DNA of 64,000 bases from Cycas panzhihuaensis (Eukaryota > Plantae > Cycadophyta). This document shows positions 1-11,729 of this stretch, one piece after another. Under the pieces are notes generated by a model. The model made no database searches, was not told the origin of the DNA, and was given only the letters and a program-made list of their open reading frames with translations. Location: positions 148,621,741 through 148,685,740 of the forward strand of contig CM041465.1 in assembly GCA_023213395.1 (NCBI GenBank), given 5' to 3'. The position numbers and the translations under genes are program-made. Numbering within the stretch: the stretch's first letter is position 1; each line of letters begins with the position of its first letter.

Positions 1-594
1 TTAGATTGGGCAGTTGATACAGTGTATAATAGCTAAGCAATGGCCCAATTACTTGGTCAAGCAAGAAGTCGAGCGCAACTTCTCTTTGTGCATGTTAAGT
101 TGAATATAGGGCAACAAAAGTAGTAGTTTAGGTTTGATAATACTCAGGAGATCTTGGATTAAAGTAGGATGAACCTGCAAAGTTGAGATGTGATAATCAA
201 AGTGGAATTCAACTAGCAAAAAATCTTGTTTATCATTCCAATTCCAAACGTATTAATCTTGATATTTATTATATTCAAGAATTCGTTATAGATGGTACAA
301 TTTCTTTGGAATATTGTCCTAAGCAGATCAAGCTGCACATATCTTCACCAAATCCTTAATTGAAGTAAAATTTGTTCATCTTCAAAGTTTGCTAGGTATG
401 AAGGAAGTTATCTCAAAAAGGGAACATTGATGTAATCCTTCATGTATATGTTCCCTAGTCAAGATTAAGGGGGCAGTGTTGAGGGAACCTCATCTAAAAG
501 GTTCACCTAGCACATATATCTTATTGGTTGTTTAGAGTGTGATAAGATATATGTGTTAGGTTCCCTCTTTGGAGGGAACCTCATCTAAAAGAGG
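1..594 (+). mobile_element. 3' end of a decayed Ty1/Copia element: RNase H remnant, PPT, start of 3' LTR
   Basis: Translates as CDNQSGIQLAKNLVYHSNSKRINLDIYYIQE...HIFTKSL (Copia RNase H motifs). PPT ATTAAGGGGGCAG at ~464-476, then TGTTG at 477. Confidence 0.8.
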
Positions 595-779
595 GGAGCT
601 TTTCCAAGTGTTATCTTACCAATTTTACTTCATACTTTGATCAATACTTCCATTTATTTCATTTACAATTGCTGTAAATACTTCAATAGTCTCTACATTT
701 CTAGTATTAGAGCTACATTTATGTATTTTGTTCTATTTTTGCTCTATTTCTTCCGAAAGGACTATGTAGGCTTGCCACA
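567..779 (+). repeat. 5' LTR of A (3' part only)
   Basis: Aligns to 26717-26929 and ends CTTGCCACA just before the PBS. Confidence 0.85.
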
Positions 780-781
780 AG

Positions 782-793
782 TGGTATCAGAGC
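782..793 (+). promoter_or_regulatory. Primer binding site (tRNA-iMet) of A
   Basis: TGGTATCAGAGC 2 nt after the LTR end. Confidence 0.9.
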
Positions 794-1199
794 TTCGTTA
801 GAAGTTATCTTGAGGAGAAATTTTGCTAGTTAGCAAGGAAAAGGAAGGGAAAAGAGCAAGGTTGGGTTAGAAGAAGTTTTCACATGAGGGAAAGACTAGC
901 ATAAATTCTCCCTAGAACGGAACTAAGATCAGGGAGAACTCTTCCACCTAACAAAATGGTGGACCAACCATCATAAACATAGTAGATGTGTCAAATCACA
1001 TTGACACACTCACCAATCAGATAACTAAGATCAACAACACTTTAGACTAGATTAGAAGGGATGTGCAACAACTCACGACCATAGTCATGGGGAGACCAAA
1101 GGATATAGGCCCATCTGACTATCAAAAGTCGGAGGAAAACACAAAAGAAGAAGAGGAGGTAGGGAGAGAAGATAAATTCTAGAGATAATTCAACATAGG

Positions 1200-2108
1200 A
1201 TTCTGGGAATATAGAGAGCAAAGGGACTTCCAACAGAGGAACCAAAAGAGTTGGGAGCCAAACTGTGGCCTCAGAGGGACAAAGTTTTCATTGGAGAAAT
1301 TGATCCAGACAAATCGAGGGACATTCAAAGTTGGATATTACAGATGGAGACCTACTTCTAGGTCTATGATGTACCAAACAGAGACAAAGCTTTATTCGCC
1401 TCACTTCGGTTGTGTGGAAAGGCCCACCAATGGTTCCAGTGGTAGAGGAAGGTCCACACGGATATTTCTATCGATCCATGGGGATCCCTCACAGTAGGAT
1501 TGATAGATCGATATGAAGACTCATGGAACACAGATTATTTCTCCTAGTTAACCACATTGCAACAGATGGGATTCGTTCAAGCGTACACGAAACAATTCCT
1601 TGGGGGACTCAAGGGATCCATTAAATACTGCATAAAGACAATGGGGGCCTCAAACATAAGAGATGCCATCCGACATGCAAGGAATATTGAAGTAGAATAT
1701 AGAGAAGGTAGGCCTAATTACGCTCAAAGAAATGACCCACTCGTCTACCAGAACTCTAATTGGACCAGGTTAGGAACAAAAGTAGATCCCCCACTCATAG
1801 GAAGAAGCCCAAACGAAGCAAGTAGAGTATCAAGAGACGAACGCTTTAAGAGAGGCATGTGCTTTAAATGCAAAGGGAAATGGAATAAAGACCATCACTA
1901 CTCATCAAAGAAAATGCTTATGATTCAAAATGACAAAGGAGAAGATCAAGAACAAGAAAAGATTCTAGAAGGAGATGAGGAGGCCAAAGTGGTGGAACTT
2001 CTAGATCTAGACACTGAGAACGTGCATATATCACTTCAAGCCATCATGGGACAAAGCAACATGCCTCAAACATTATCATTCCAGGGGATGATACATGGAT
2101 CACTAGTC
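1200..2108 (+). pseudogene. Gag and start of protease of A (disrupted)
   Basis: RDERFKRGMCFKCKGKWNKDHH knuckle and ISLQAIMG...TLSFQG motif; stops and frameshifts. Start approximate. Confidence 0.8.
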
Positions 2109-2664
2109 TGTGAAAAGAGGCCTAATGGCCTCACAGTCCCAAGATCTACAGGCTAGGTTCACTCTAGTTCTAGAAAGCAACAAATGCTAACAAGTATGAT
2201 ACTCTAAAGATGAAAAACATAAGCAAGACAAAGCATGAAAAAGAAGGAGCAAGAAAATGATACCAAATGTATGGGGTTGGAATTGGTCCAACCTCCAAAT
2301 AAATAAACAGTTTGATTAGCAAATTGACAGCATAACAATACAGCTCCAACTCTATATAAGAACAATGAGGAGAGGTCTCATTATATAGAGTGAAATGAGA
2401 GACCTAAGGCATTGGATGTTTGACAAGTGTCAAACATCCAAGGTACATGCCTTGCATGTAGGACATGTGTCCTTTTGGGGCTCTCGAGTGAGCAAAAGTG
2501 CATGGGGCTCTATTTGACCCTTTAGTGACAACGTTGTGTCACTAGAAAGAATGTGGGTGTGCACTTTATCACTTAAGTGATAAGTCACCCGTAAAGTACA
2601 AAAGTACAAATATTACATGAAAAATAAAGTACATAATCTTAACATGTAAACATAAGGTTTAACA
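2109..2664 (-). repeat. 3' LTR of B (556 bp)
   Basis: Direct repeat of 8929-9480, adjacent to the PPT. Confidence 0.95.
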
Positions 2665-5600
2665 CCCCCCCTTACTGTTTACAATGTTAAGTCGGACGCT
2701 AAGACCATCTCTGAATTTTACAAACTTTTCTCTACCAAGAGGCTTGGTAAATATACCTACTGTCTACTCCTCTGCAGGTCTGTACTAGAGGTTGATCTCA
2801 ACATTCTGCACATGCTTTCTGATGAAGTGATGATGAACCTCGATGTGTTTGGTCCGTGCATGAAAAACTGGATTCTTGGCTACCTTGAGTACACTTTGAT
2901 TGTCACAGTAAATCCTGGTGGGGTGATCCTGCTCAAGTCCAAGTTCCCCAAGAATCCGTCGTAGCCAGATAGCTTCACAAGTCATGTTGCTGCGACTTTG
3001 TACTCTGCTTCAGTGGAGGACAAGGTAACAATGGGTTGCTTCTTGCAACTCCACGAAACAATCTTGAACCAAGGGAAAAAGATCCCGAGGTTGATCTCGC
3101 TATCTTGGCAACCTCGCCTAATCGAATCGAGAACCCATCCAGAGTGAAGTTCTCATTATGTGCATACTCAAGGCCATGCTGCAATGTGCCTTTGATGTAT
3201 TTAAGTATGCGTTTAGCTGAATTCCAATGTTTCTGATTGGGTTGAGACATGTATCGTGAACAAATCCCAACTGCAAATGAAATATCCGGTCGAGTGTTGG
3301 TGAGATAAATGAGGCTTCCAATCAACTGCGGTAAAGTGTGGGATCTGCAGGTGCAACTTCCTCATTGAGAGTAAGCTTAGATCCATTCTCCATTGGTGTA
3401 AGCGCTGGTTTGTAGTCGTGCATCCTTGTCCAAGATTTGTCATCTTGAAACTTCTCTTTAAGTCATCCTGGAGAATGTTTATCATCTTAGTGTCATTGCC
3501 AGTGATCACTAAGTCATCTACATACAAGGCAACAAAAATGACATGGTTCTTTTCATGTTTGATATATAGGCTAGGGTCTGAAGTGGATCGATGAAATCCA
3601 TGTCTCAAGAAGTAATCATTGATCTTCAAGTACCATGCTCTTGGAGCTTGTTTTAAGCCATATAGTGCCTTTTTTAGGCGACATACTAGATGCTCCTTGC
3701 CTTGTACGTTGTAACCGGGAGGTTGCTCCAAGTATACCTCCTCCTGAAGGTCGCCATTGAGAAAGGCGCTCTTCACGTCCATCTGATAGATTGGCCATTT
3801 GCATTGAGCAGCTAAGGCCAAGATGAGTCTGATGGTGTTCATATTTGCCACAGGTGCAAAAGTCTCCTCCTAGTCTATACCTTCCTTTTGTTTGAATCCT
3901 TTTACCACAAGGCAGGCCTTCTGCCATTTAAGTGAACCATCAAAATGGAATTTGGTCTTGTAGACCCATTTGCAACTGATTGCCTGTTTGTGTTTAGGCA
4001 ATTCAATCAAATCCCAAGTACATTCTTTTCAATAGAATGGATTTCTTCATCCATGGAAGCCTTCCAATTTTCATTTTTAGAAGCCTCCCCAAAAGTGGAA
4101 GGCTCATCAACACATAGCACTTCAGCCATAGGTGCAAAATTGGTTTGCTGCCTGTATTTTGATGGACGTTTTCCTTCAATAATGTGGCGTCTGAATCGGC
4201 TCGAGTATACCATTTTGGTAACTTTTGAATTGAAGTGACTTGAACCTCAAGATCTTCTGGTCTAAGTGGTTGATCAACAGAAGATGTGCTAGGATCAAGT
4301 GGAGCAAAATCAGTTGATGTAGACGGTCCAGCAGGTGCAGATGATATACATGGAGTAGAAGATTGAGAGGGAAGGAAAGCCTCAACAATCTTCTTGCCTT
4401 TGTCAATGGGAGGTTGTATGGATGCTGTTTGCAACTCCTTATGATCGTCTTCAGCAAAGATGACATCTCTTGAGACATGCATTTGCTTCCCAATGGGATC
4501 ATACAATTTGTAGGCTTTGTTATGAATGGCATATCCTACAAAGATGCATTTTAGACTATGCTTGTCTAATTTTGTTCTTTGCTGATCGGGGATGTGCATA
4601 TAAGCAGTGCACCCAAAAGTCCTCAAATGGCTGACAGTTGGCTTTTTGCCAGACCATGCCTCCTCGGGTGTCATATCGGTGACTGCTGTAGTTGGATTGC
4701 GATTGGCCACATAGGCGGCGGTGTGAAATGCCTCCTTGATGGCTCGAGTGAGTCCTTGTGCATGCATCATTGCTTTGGCTTTATTAGCTGAAGTTCTATT
4801 CATTCTTTCAGAGACTCCATTTTGTTGAGGAGTGTGAGGAATAGTTAGCTGTCTCCGAATGCCATTATCCTTGCAGAATTGGGTGAATTCATTTGAAGTA
4901 AATTCACCTCCATTGTCTATCCTTAATGTTTTGATAGAGAGGCTAGACTCGTTTTCCACTTCAAGCTTGAATTCTTTGAACTTGGAAAATGCTTTAGATT
5001 TGTGTTTGATGAAGCATACCCAGACTTTATGAGAAAAATCATCAATGAAGGAGATGTAGTACAAAGCTCCTCCAAAAGATGCGGTGGACATAGGTTCACA
5101 TAAATCCTAGTGTACCAATTGCAAAGGATGTGATGCATGCCATGCTTTGCCTTTAGGGAAAGGCAAGCGATGCTGAGTCCCCATTATGCATGCTTCACAA
5201 AGACATTTTGTGCCATAGATCTTTGGAAGCCCATGTACCAAGTTTTTGTTGATCATCTGCCTGAGATTGTCTAAGCTCAAATGGCCTAGACGTTGATGCC
5301 AAAGTTGCATCTTAGACAAGTGTGGAGTGACAATCGAACGAGAGTAAGCAGAATCAAGTGTTATATTATTTGCATCCAATTTGTAGAGGCCATGATCCTC
5401 ATATCCAATAGCTACTACTTGGTCATCTTTGTCACTTATTACACATTTCCTATTTCTGAACAAGACGCTCATCTGTTGCTTGTCAAACTTGTTAACAGAT
5501 AGTAAGTTCTTCTACATTGAAGGTATGAAGTAGGCATTGCCATTGGGAAATGAAGAGGAAGGATTTGAAGAAGAGTGAAATAGAGCTATTGTGCCTATTC

Positions 5601-6758
5601 CAGAAATCTTAACAGATTGATTGTTGCCAAAGGTCACTGATTGACCTTTACCTTCCTTGACGTTGGTAAGGAGTTCTTCACTCCCCGTCATGTGTTGTGA
5701 AGCTCCAGAATCAATAATCCAAGTTTCATCAACCTTGGATGTTTGATATGCACAAAACAATTTGTCTTCATCTGCAAACTGATTAAAGTGGCGTTGATTG
5801 GCACCTCTAAAACCCCCCTTTCCTCTTTGACCTCCTCGATAGGCACCTCGATTTGGTCGAGGGGTTCTTCTTATTCTTGCTGGAATCTTTGTTGGTATTG
5901 CTGACGTGGCTGCTGCTGTCATTGATTTGGTTGACGTGGCTGCTACTGGTGTTAACGTAGATCTGCTTGCTTCTTTCGACAATCAAGTGCTATGTGGCCA
6001 GGTTTGCCACAATAATGATATACAACATTGGTTTTTGAAGAACCAAAGTTCATGTTCCCAAACTGCTTTGAGAGTGCAGGTTTGGGGTTCTGCTTGGCCT
6101 TTGATTTGGCCGTAAATGCACATGATGTAGATGGTTCCTCTTCATTATCCTTGGTGTAGATTTGTTCTTCTTGAAGTAATAAACTTTCAAATTCATTGAA
6201 TGCCATTATTTTGAGAGAACCATCTCTTGTAGTGGATGATATGAAGCCATTGTAGTCTTTTGACAAAGCTTTGGTGATAGATGTGATCAGTTCATCTCTT
6301 GTGGCTGGACTACCTAGTGTATTCAACTCATTACATACCTCCTTGACGGAGGAAAGAAAAGCCGACATAGGCTTCACAAACTTTACAGAATACAAATTGG
6401 CTTTTACCATTAAAATGCGAGTTTCATCTCGCCTTTCATACACTGAGGACAAAATGTCCCAAGCTTCTTTAGAAGTTTTAGCACACACAATGTTCTGATC
6501 TACATGTACATCAACAATCATATGAAGGAATGCCAAAGCGATTTCATCTTTGGCTTCATAAGCAGTAACAAAAGCATCATGAGGTTGCACAGTTACATTG
6601 GCATTGACAACAGGTACAGGTTGGGGTAGCCTTCCAGAAACATAACCCCAAAATTCATTCATGATCAGCAAATTCTGAGTGATTCTCTTCCATTCTTGAT
6701 AGTTATCTTGACCTGTTAATCAGATCATGCATACATTAAGCATGTTAATAGCAGCCAT
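2659..6758 (-). pseudogene. Copia Gag-PR-INT-RT-RNaseH polyprotein of B (frameshifted, with an RT deletion)
   Basis: Zinc knuckle YHYCGKPGHIALDC, WIIDSGASQHMTG, LWHQRLGH, PQQNGVSER, QMDVKSAFLNG, LYVDDL, RTKHIEVHHHFIR; about 100 bp missing near 3430 relative to D. Confidence 0.92.
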
Positions 6759-8928
6759 GTTTCAGTTATAAGGCTTGAAGCTAGCAGATAATTTGGAAAC
6801 TCAAAACTTTTGTCGCTTAAATTCCACCTTTTAACGAAACCAACAATCCTGATCTTACTAGAAGATCCAACAACTGAATGGAATGATGAGGGGTGGAGGA
6901 CTAGGCTATGGAGTTGGTCCAACTCTGATCTATAGAAGACTTCCAACAGTTGGCCAAGTTAAATCTAGGACAAGGCAGGTAGGGTTGATCTGCATGGACG
7001 TACCATGCTTTCTCTGGGATTCACAGTCCCAATAACACCCTTTTCGAACCTCCTTTCCCTCAAGCAACCTTAATTATCGTACACTGACTGTACGGTCGGT
7101 TGGTCCTCTAGGAAATGCCCCAAGCTTAAGGTTATTTCAGAGGCAAGGTTTGAACCTTTTTCGGGCCTCTCCAACAAGAGTTTTAAGTCATTGTTTAGAA
7201 GGTTAAAGTGAACTTAAGATTTATTTTTACTTGGATGATGTACTTATGAAAGTGCTTGATTAAGCTTACAATGAAAGAGGTTTCAAAAAGAAGCAAGCTA
7301 GTACATCAAATGAACACTTATAGTGTTGTTTACAATGAGCACTTAATGAAGTGAGAGTGCTTATGCAAATCCAAGTAAAGAAAGATGCTTGAGTACAATG
7401 AGTTTTGCAAGAAAAAGTACTTTGAAAATGTGCTTAAGTACTCAATGAAGCAAAGCAAAACCTTGTGATGAAGATACAAATGGGTTCCTTTTAATGCTCA
7501 AGAGTGAAGGTAAGAGAACCACTTGCAAAGTAGGACACTAAGCACCAAATGTTGGGACTTTAAAATAGTCCCAACGATCAAAAAATGAAGAGAGTTTATT
7601 AAGTAAGAAGTATTCTTGAGCCCTTTTTGAGACTAAGGGCACTAGGTCACCATGCAAGGTGCCTTAAAAGGAGTGTTGAAATAGTGATAAATATCACTTT
7701 TGACAAAGTATCAATACTTAAAATCACTTTCAACAAGACTTTTTAACACTTATAAACATGGAATAAGTGTAAAGTAAAGCTTGAAGTGCTTAAAAATAAA
7801 CGCTGAAATTCAATTTTTTTTTTGCAACTTTGAGCAATAAGGACTCCACGCAGGGAGCCTTAATAAGCACTAAAAATAGTGAAAATTTTCACTTAATGAT
7901 GATAATGGTGCTTAGAAATTACTTGTTTCAGTCACTTATCACACATAAAAAAATTTGCAATCATGGCAGCGTGACTTGGGCGGCTCCCGTGGACACGCAA
8001 ATGATGAGAACATCGTGTAGAGACCTCTGTTTGTGCTGAAAATTCAGGTGGAGGGGTGCCCAAGTGGTATCCAACTCCCTCTAAAATCTCAAGGCTTTTC
8101 GTCAAGTGTGCAGAGAGCTGCAAGTAATTGAAGTTATGGCTGGTTACATGTCTTCAAGAAAGGAAAACTGGAGCCATACGGCTGTCCGGGGTTTTAAACC
8201 TTCGTATTAATCACTAAAACTCTTCCCTTAAGTCTGCTACAGCTGCATGCAGGGTCAGTATGTGGACAGCCAGCTTGATATGAGAAAAAATAGTGAAAAA
8301 CAATAATTTTTTGTGCTTTTTGAGTGAGGTTTCAAGGCTGAAAATGCCCAGAAATTGATCCACAGCCTGCAAGGGTCCTCAAACTTCAAGTAAATTCAGT
8401 CTCAGAGCTTCAAATGGCTGGAGAATAGCTCAGCACCCAAATGTGAGAAAAAAATTAGCTAAAAAACGCAGATTTTAGTAGAAAAATTACAAAAAAAATG
8501 AGTAAACTTGCCCAGATTTGAGGAACAACTAATACAAATTGATTGCAAAACAGTTATGAGCCTCAAAAAATGCTTACAAAGCTGATTTGTAGTCACAAAG
8601 TGATCTAATATCTCAGATCTGCCTCTTATCTTCTGAAAAAATAATTTTTTTTTGAAGAAAAATTAAAGAAAAAGCACTATTTTTGAAGAAAACAGTGTTG
8701 CACCCTTTGATAGAGATCTAAAAAAAAATTTCAGATTTGAAAGCAGCCTTGCTTCAGCCTTCAACACTGCTCCAAAAAGCTTGAATTTGCAGAAAATTGG
8801 TCTTAGCAAACCTTGGATCGCATTCGGAGGGCGAAGGTCGTCACCAAGTGTTTGTAGCCCTTCTTTGAATCTCCTTGAGCAAAGAATAAAATGAGCAGGG
8901 AACCGCCTCCTCTTACTCTGATACCAAT

Positions 8929-9480
8929 TGTGAAAAGAGGCCTAATGGCCTCACAGTCCCAAGATCTAGAAGCTAGGTTCACTCTAGTTCTAGAAAGCAA
9001 CATATGCTAACAAGTATGATACTCTTAAGATGAAAAACATAAGCAAGACAAAGCATGAAAAAGAAGCAATAAAATGATACCAAATGTGTGGGGTTGGAAT
9101 TGGTCCAACCTCCAAATGAATAAACAGTTTGATTAGCAAACTGACAAAGATAACAATACACCCAACTCTATATAAGAACAATGAGGAGAGGTCTTATTAT
9201 ATAGAGTGAAATGAGAGACCTAAGGCATTGGATGTTTGACAAGTGTCAAACATCTAAGGTACATGCCTTGCATGTAGGACATGTGTCCTTTTGGGGCTCT
9301 CAAGTGAGCAAAAGTGCATGGGGGTCCATTTGACCCTTTAGTGACAATGTTGTGTCACTAGAAAGAATGTGGGTGTGCACTTTATCACTTAAGTGATAAG
9401 GCACCCCTAAAGTACAAAAGTACAAATATTACATGAAAAATAAAGTACATAATCTTAACATGTAAACATAAGGTTTAACA
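8929..9480 (-). repeat. 5' LTR of B (552 bp)
   Basis: Direct repeat of 2109-2664, adjacent to PBS TGGTATCAGAGT (minus strand). Confidence 0.95.
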
Positions 9481-11411
9481 TAGTCACCATCCTCACCGAT
9501 AGTGGGAGCACCCACAATTTCATAAATTGACCCATTGTGGAGAAGTTGGGTATACCCATCAAAGCGCTCAACACTTTCTAGATTGCCATTGCAAATGAAA
9601 AATCCATGACTTTTGGAAGTTAGTGTTCAAAGGTGAACCTTCAGATTAACGATTACTTAGTGACCACCCTCATGCTTGTGATGCCAGTAGGAGGAGTTGA
9701 CATCATGCTAGGGGTACAATGGCTACAAACATTAGGGAATGTAGTCACTAATTTCAAAACACGGGTCATGAGCTTTCGACAGAAGGGGCAACGTTATACG
9801 CTGCAAGCACCCTTTACACTCCCAATACAGCTAGTGACATTCCACCATATGGAGAAGATGTTGAAGGAAAACCCCACTACATACATAATGATATGTTATA
9901 AAATCGCAGTAGATAACATTCAAATGGGGGTAGAAGAAGTCATAGATGAATACAACTCAGTGTTCGAAGAACCCCCACTCGGGCTTCCCCCTAACCGTGG
10001 ATGCCAAAACGCCATCAAGCTAGTGCTGGGAGTTGCACCAGTCAACATTCACCCTTATCGCCGTCCTTACTAGCTAAAGAGGGAAATCAAGCAAATAACC
10101 ACAGAGCTCCTATAGGGATATATCACGAACAATGCAAGTTCATTTACATCCCTAGTTATACTTAAGAGGAAATAGGACGGAACTTCTCTATGTGTGTTGA
10201 CTATAGGGGGCTGAACAAGATCATTATCATGAATCACTATCTTATCCCAAGGATAGATGACTTGTTGGATGAATGCATGGGGCAAGATACTTTTCAAAGA
10301 TCGATCTTTGGTTAGGATACTACCAGATCCGCGTCAAAACAGAGGAGGTGCACAAGACAACTTTTCGCACTCATGAGGGACTATTTGAATTCAGAGTCAT
10401 GCCATTCGGTCTAACGAATGTGCCAACAACATTCCAGAACATCATGAATACCATACTGAGACCCTTCTTATGAAAATTTGTTCTAGTTTTCTTTAACGAC
10501 ATTCTAATCTATAGCGCAATGTGAGAAGAACACTTAGAGCATATCAAAGCTGTCCTCTAGATCTTACGAAACAACTGGCTTTTTGCCAACAAGAAGTGCA
10601 CCGTTGGGAAGTTGGAGCTCGAATATCTGGGACACATTATTTTGCAAGAGGGAATCAAGATGGATCCTAGGAAGGTCCAAGTCTTCATTAATGGGCCCAC
10701 TACCAAGACTGCCACAGGGGTCAGGGCCTTCCTAGGCACAACAGGATTTGTTAGGAAGTTCATCAAAGGGTATGCTCACATTGTGTCACCTCTAACCGAT
10801 CTCACAAAGAAGGATGTGTTCACTTAGAACCTCCTAGCAGAGGACGCTTACCAGGGCCTCAAGAAAGTAATGATCACCACTCCTATGCTCGCGATTGTAG
10901 ATTTTTCCCTATCCTTCTCCCTAGAGTGTGATGCATCAGGAATTGGGATAGAAGCAATCCTCCTCCAAAATGAGTGACTGTTGGCATACAAAAGCCAAAA
11001 GCTGAACAACAGGGAGGGATTCAAATGATCTGCGACAAAGAGATGCTCGCGATTATGAACGCTATTCATTAGTGGCACCAATATTTACTAGGGAATAGAT
11101 GTGTGGTCAAGATGGATCACGATAGCCTTAAATACTTCCTTAATCAAAAAAATCTTTCAGACGAACAAAAAAAATGGGTGAGTAAGCTTGAAACATTTGA
11201 TTTTAGTATTGTGTACAAAAAGTGAAAAGAGAATGTAATCGCAAATGCATTATCGTAGATACTTGAAGACAATGGCGAGTAAGATCATACTACAGAGATA
11301 TCACTACAAGCAATATTGCTAGTTGCTCCTAGTTGGACATATGAGCTAATCCTAGATTACCAGAACGACCCTCTCTCTCGAAGATATTGGAAGAAATCAA
11401 GAACTAGAAGA
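9481..11411 (+). pseudogene. Protease, RT and RNase H of A (disrupted)
   Basis: [50 protein letters not shown] motifs. Confidence 0.9.
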
Positions 11412-11696
11412 TGATGTGAGAACATCAAAGGAAGAGCTAGAGCAAGAGTCAGAGTAGTAATGAAAAGTAAGGGCTTAGAAAAAACTCCTAAAAAGGTGAA
11501 TGAATTTCCCAAAGAATTAGTAGGTACATATACATGAGTGAGGTATTTGCATGCTAGACACATGTTGTGCATGCATATCATGTTCACCTAACTACTATAA
11601 TAATGTATTTCTAAAGTCCTAAGTGTACTTTAAAGAATAAAGTAATAAAAGAATAAAAGAATAAGGGGGTCCTAAGGACTTTATGAAGTCTTATCA
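11412..11696 (-). repeat. 3' LTR of C (285 bp)
   Basis: TGATG...TATCA; repeat of 24795-25080. Confidence 0.92.
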
Positions 11697-11729
11697 TTTT
11701 CTCCCTGCTTAGAGGAAATTGTCCTGAAT

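Larger units (their letters stand above)
2109..9480 (-). mobile_element. Full-length Ty1/Copia element B inserted in the protease of A
   Basis: LTRs 2109-2664 and 8929-9480 (TG...CA); TSD TAGTC at 2104-2108 and 9481-9485; PBS 8915-8926; PPT 2665-2674. Confidence 0.95.

Noticed and set aside
782-793. tRNA-like sequence
   Set aside because: Only the PBS complement of a tRNA 3' end; no tRNA gene.
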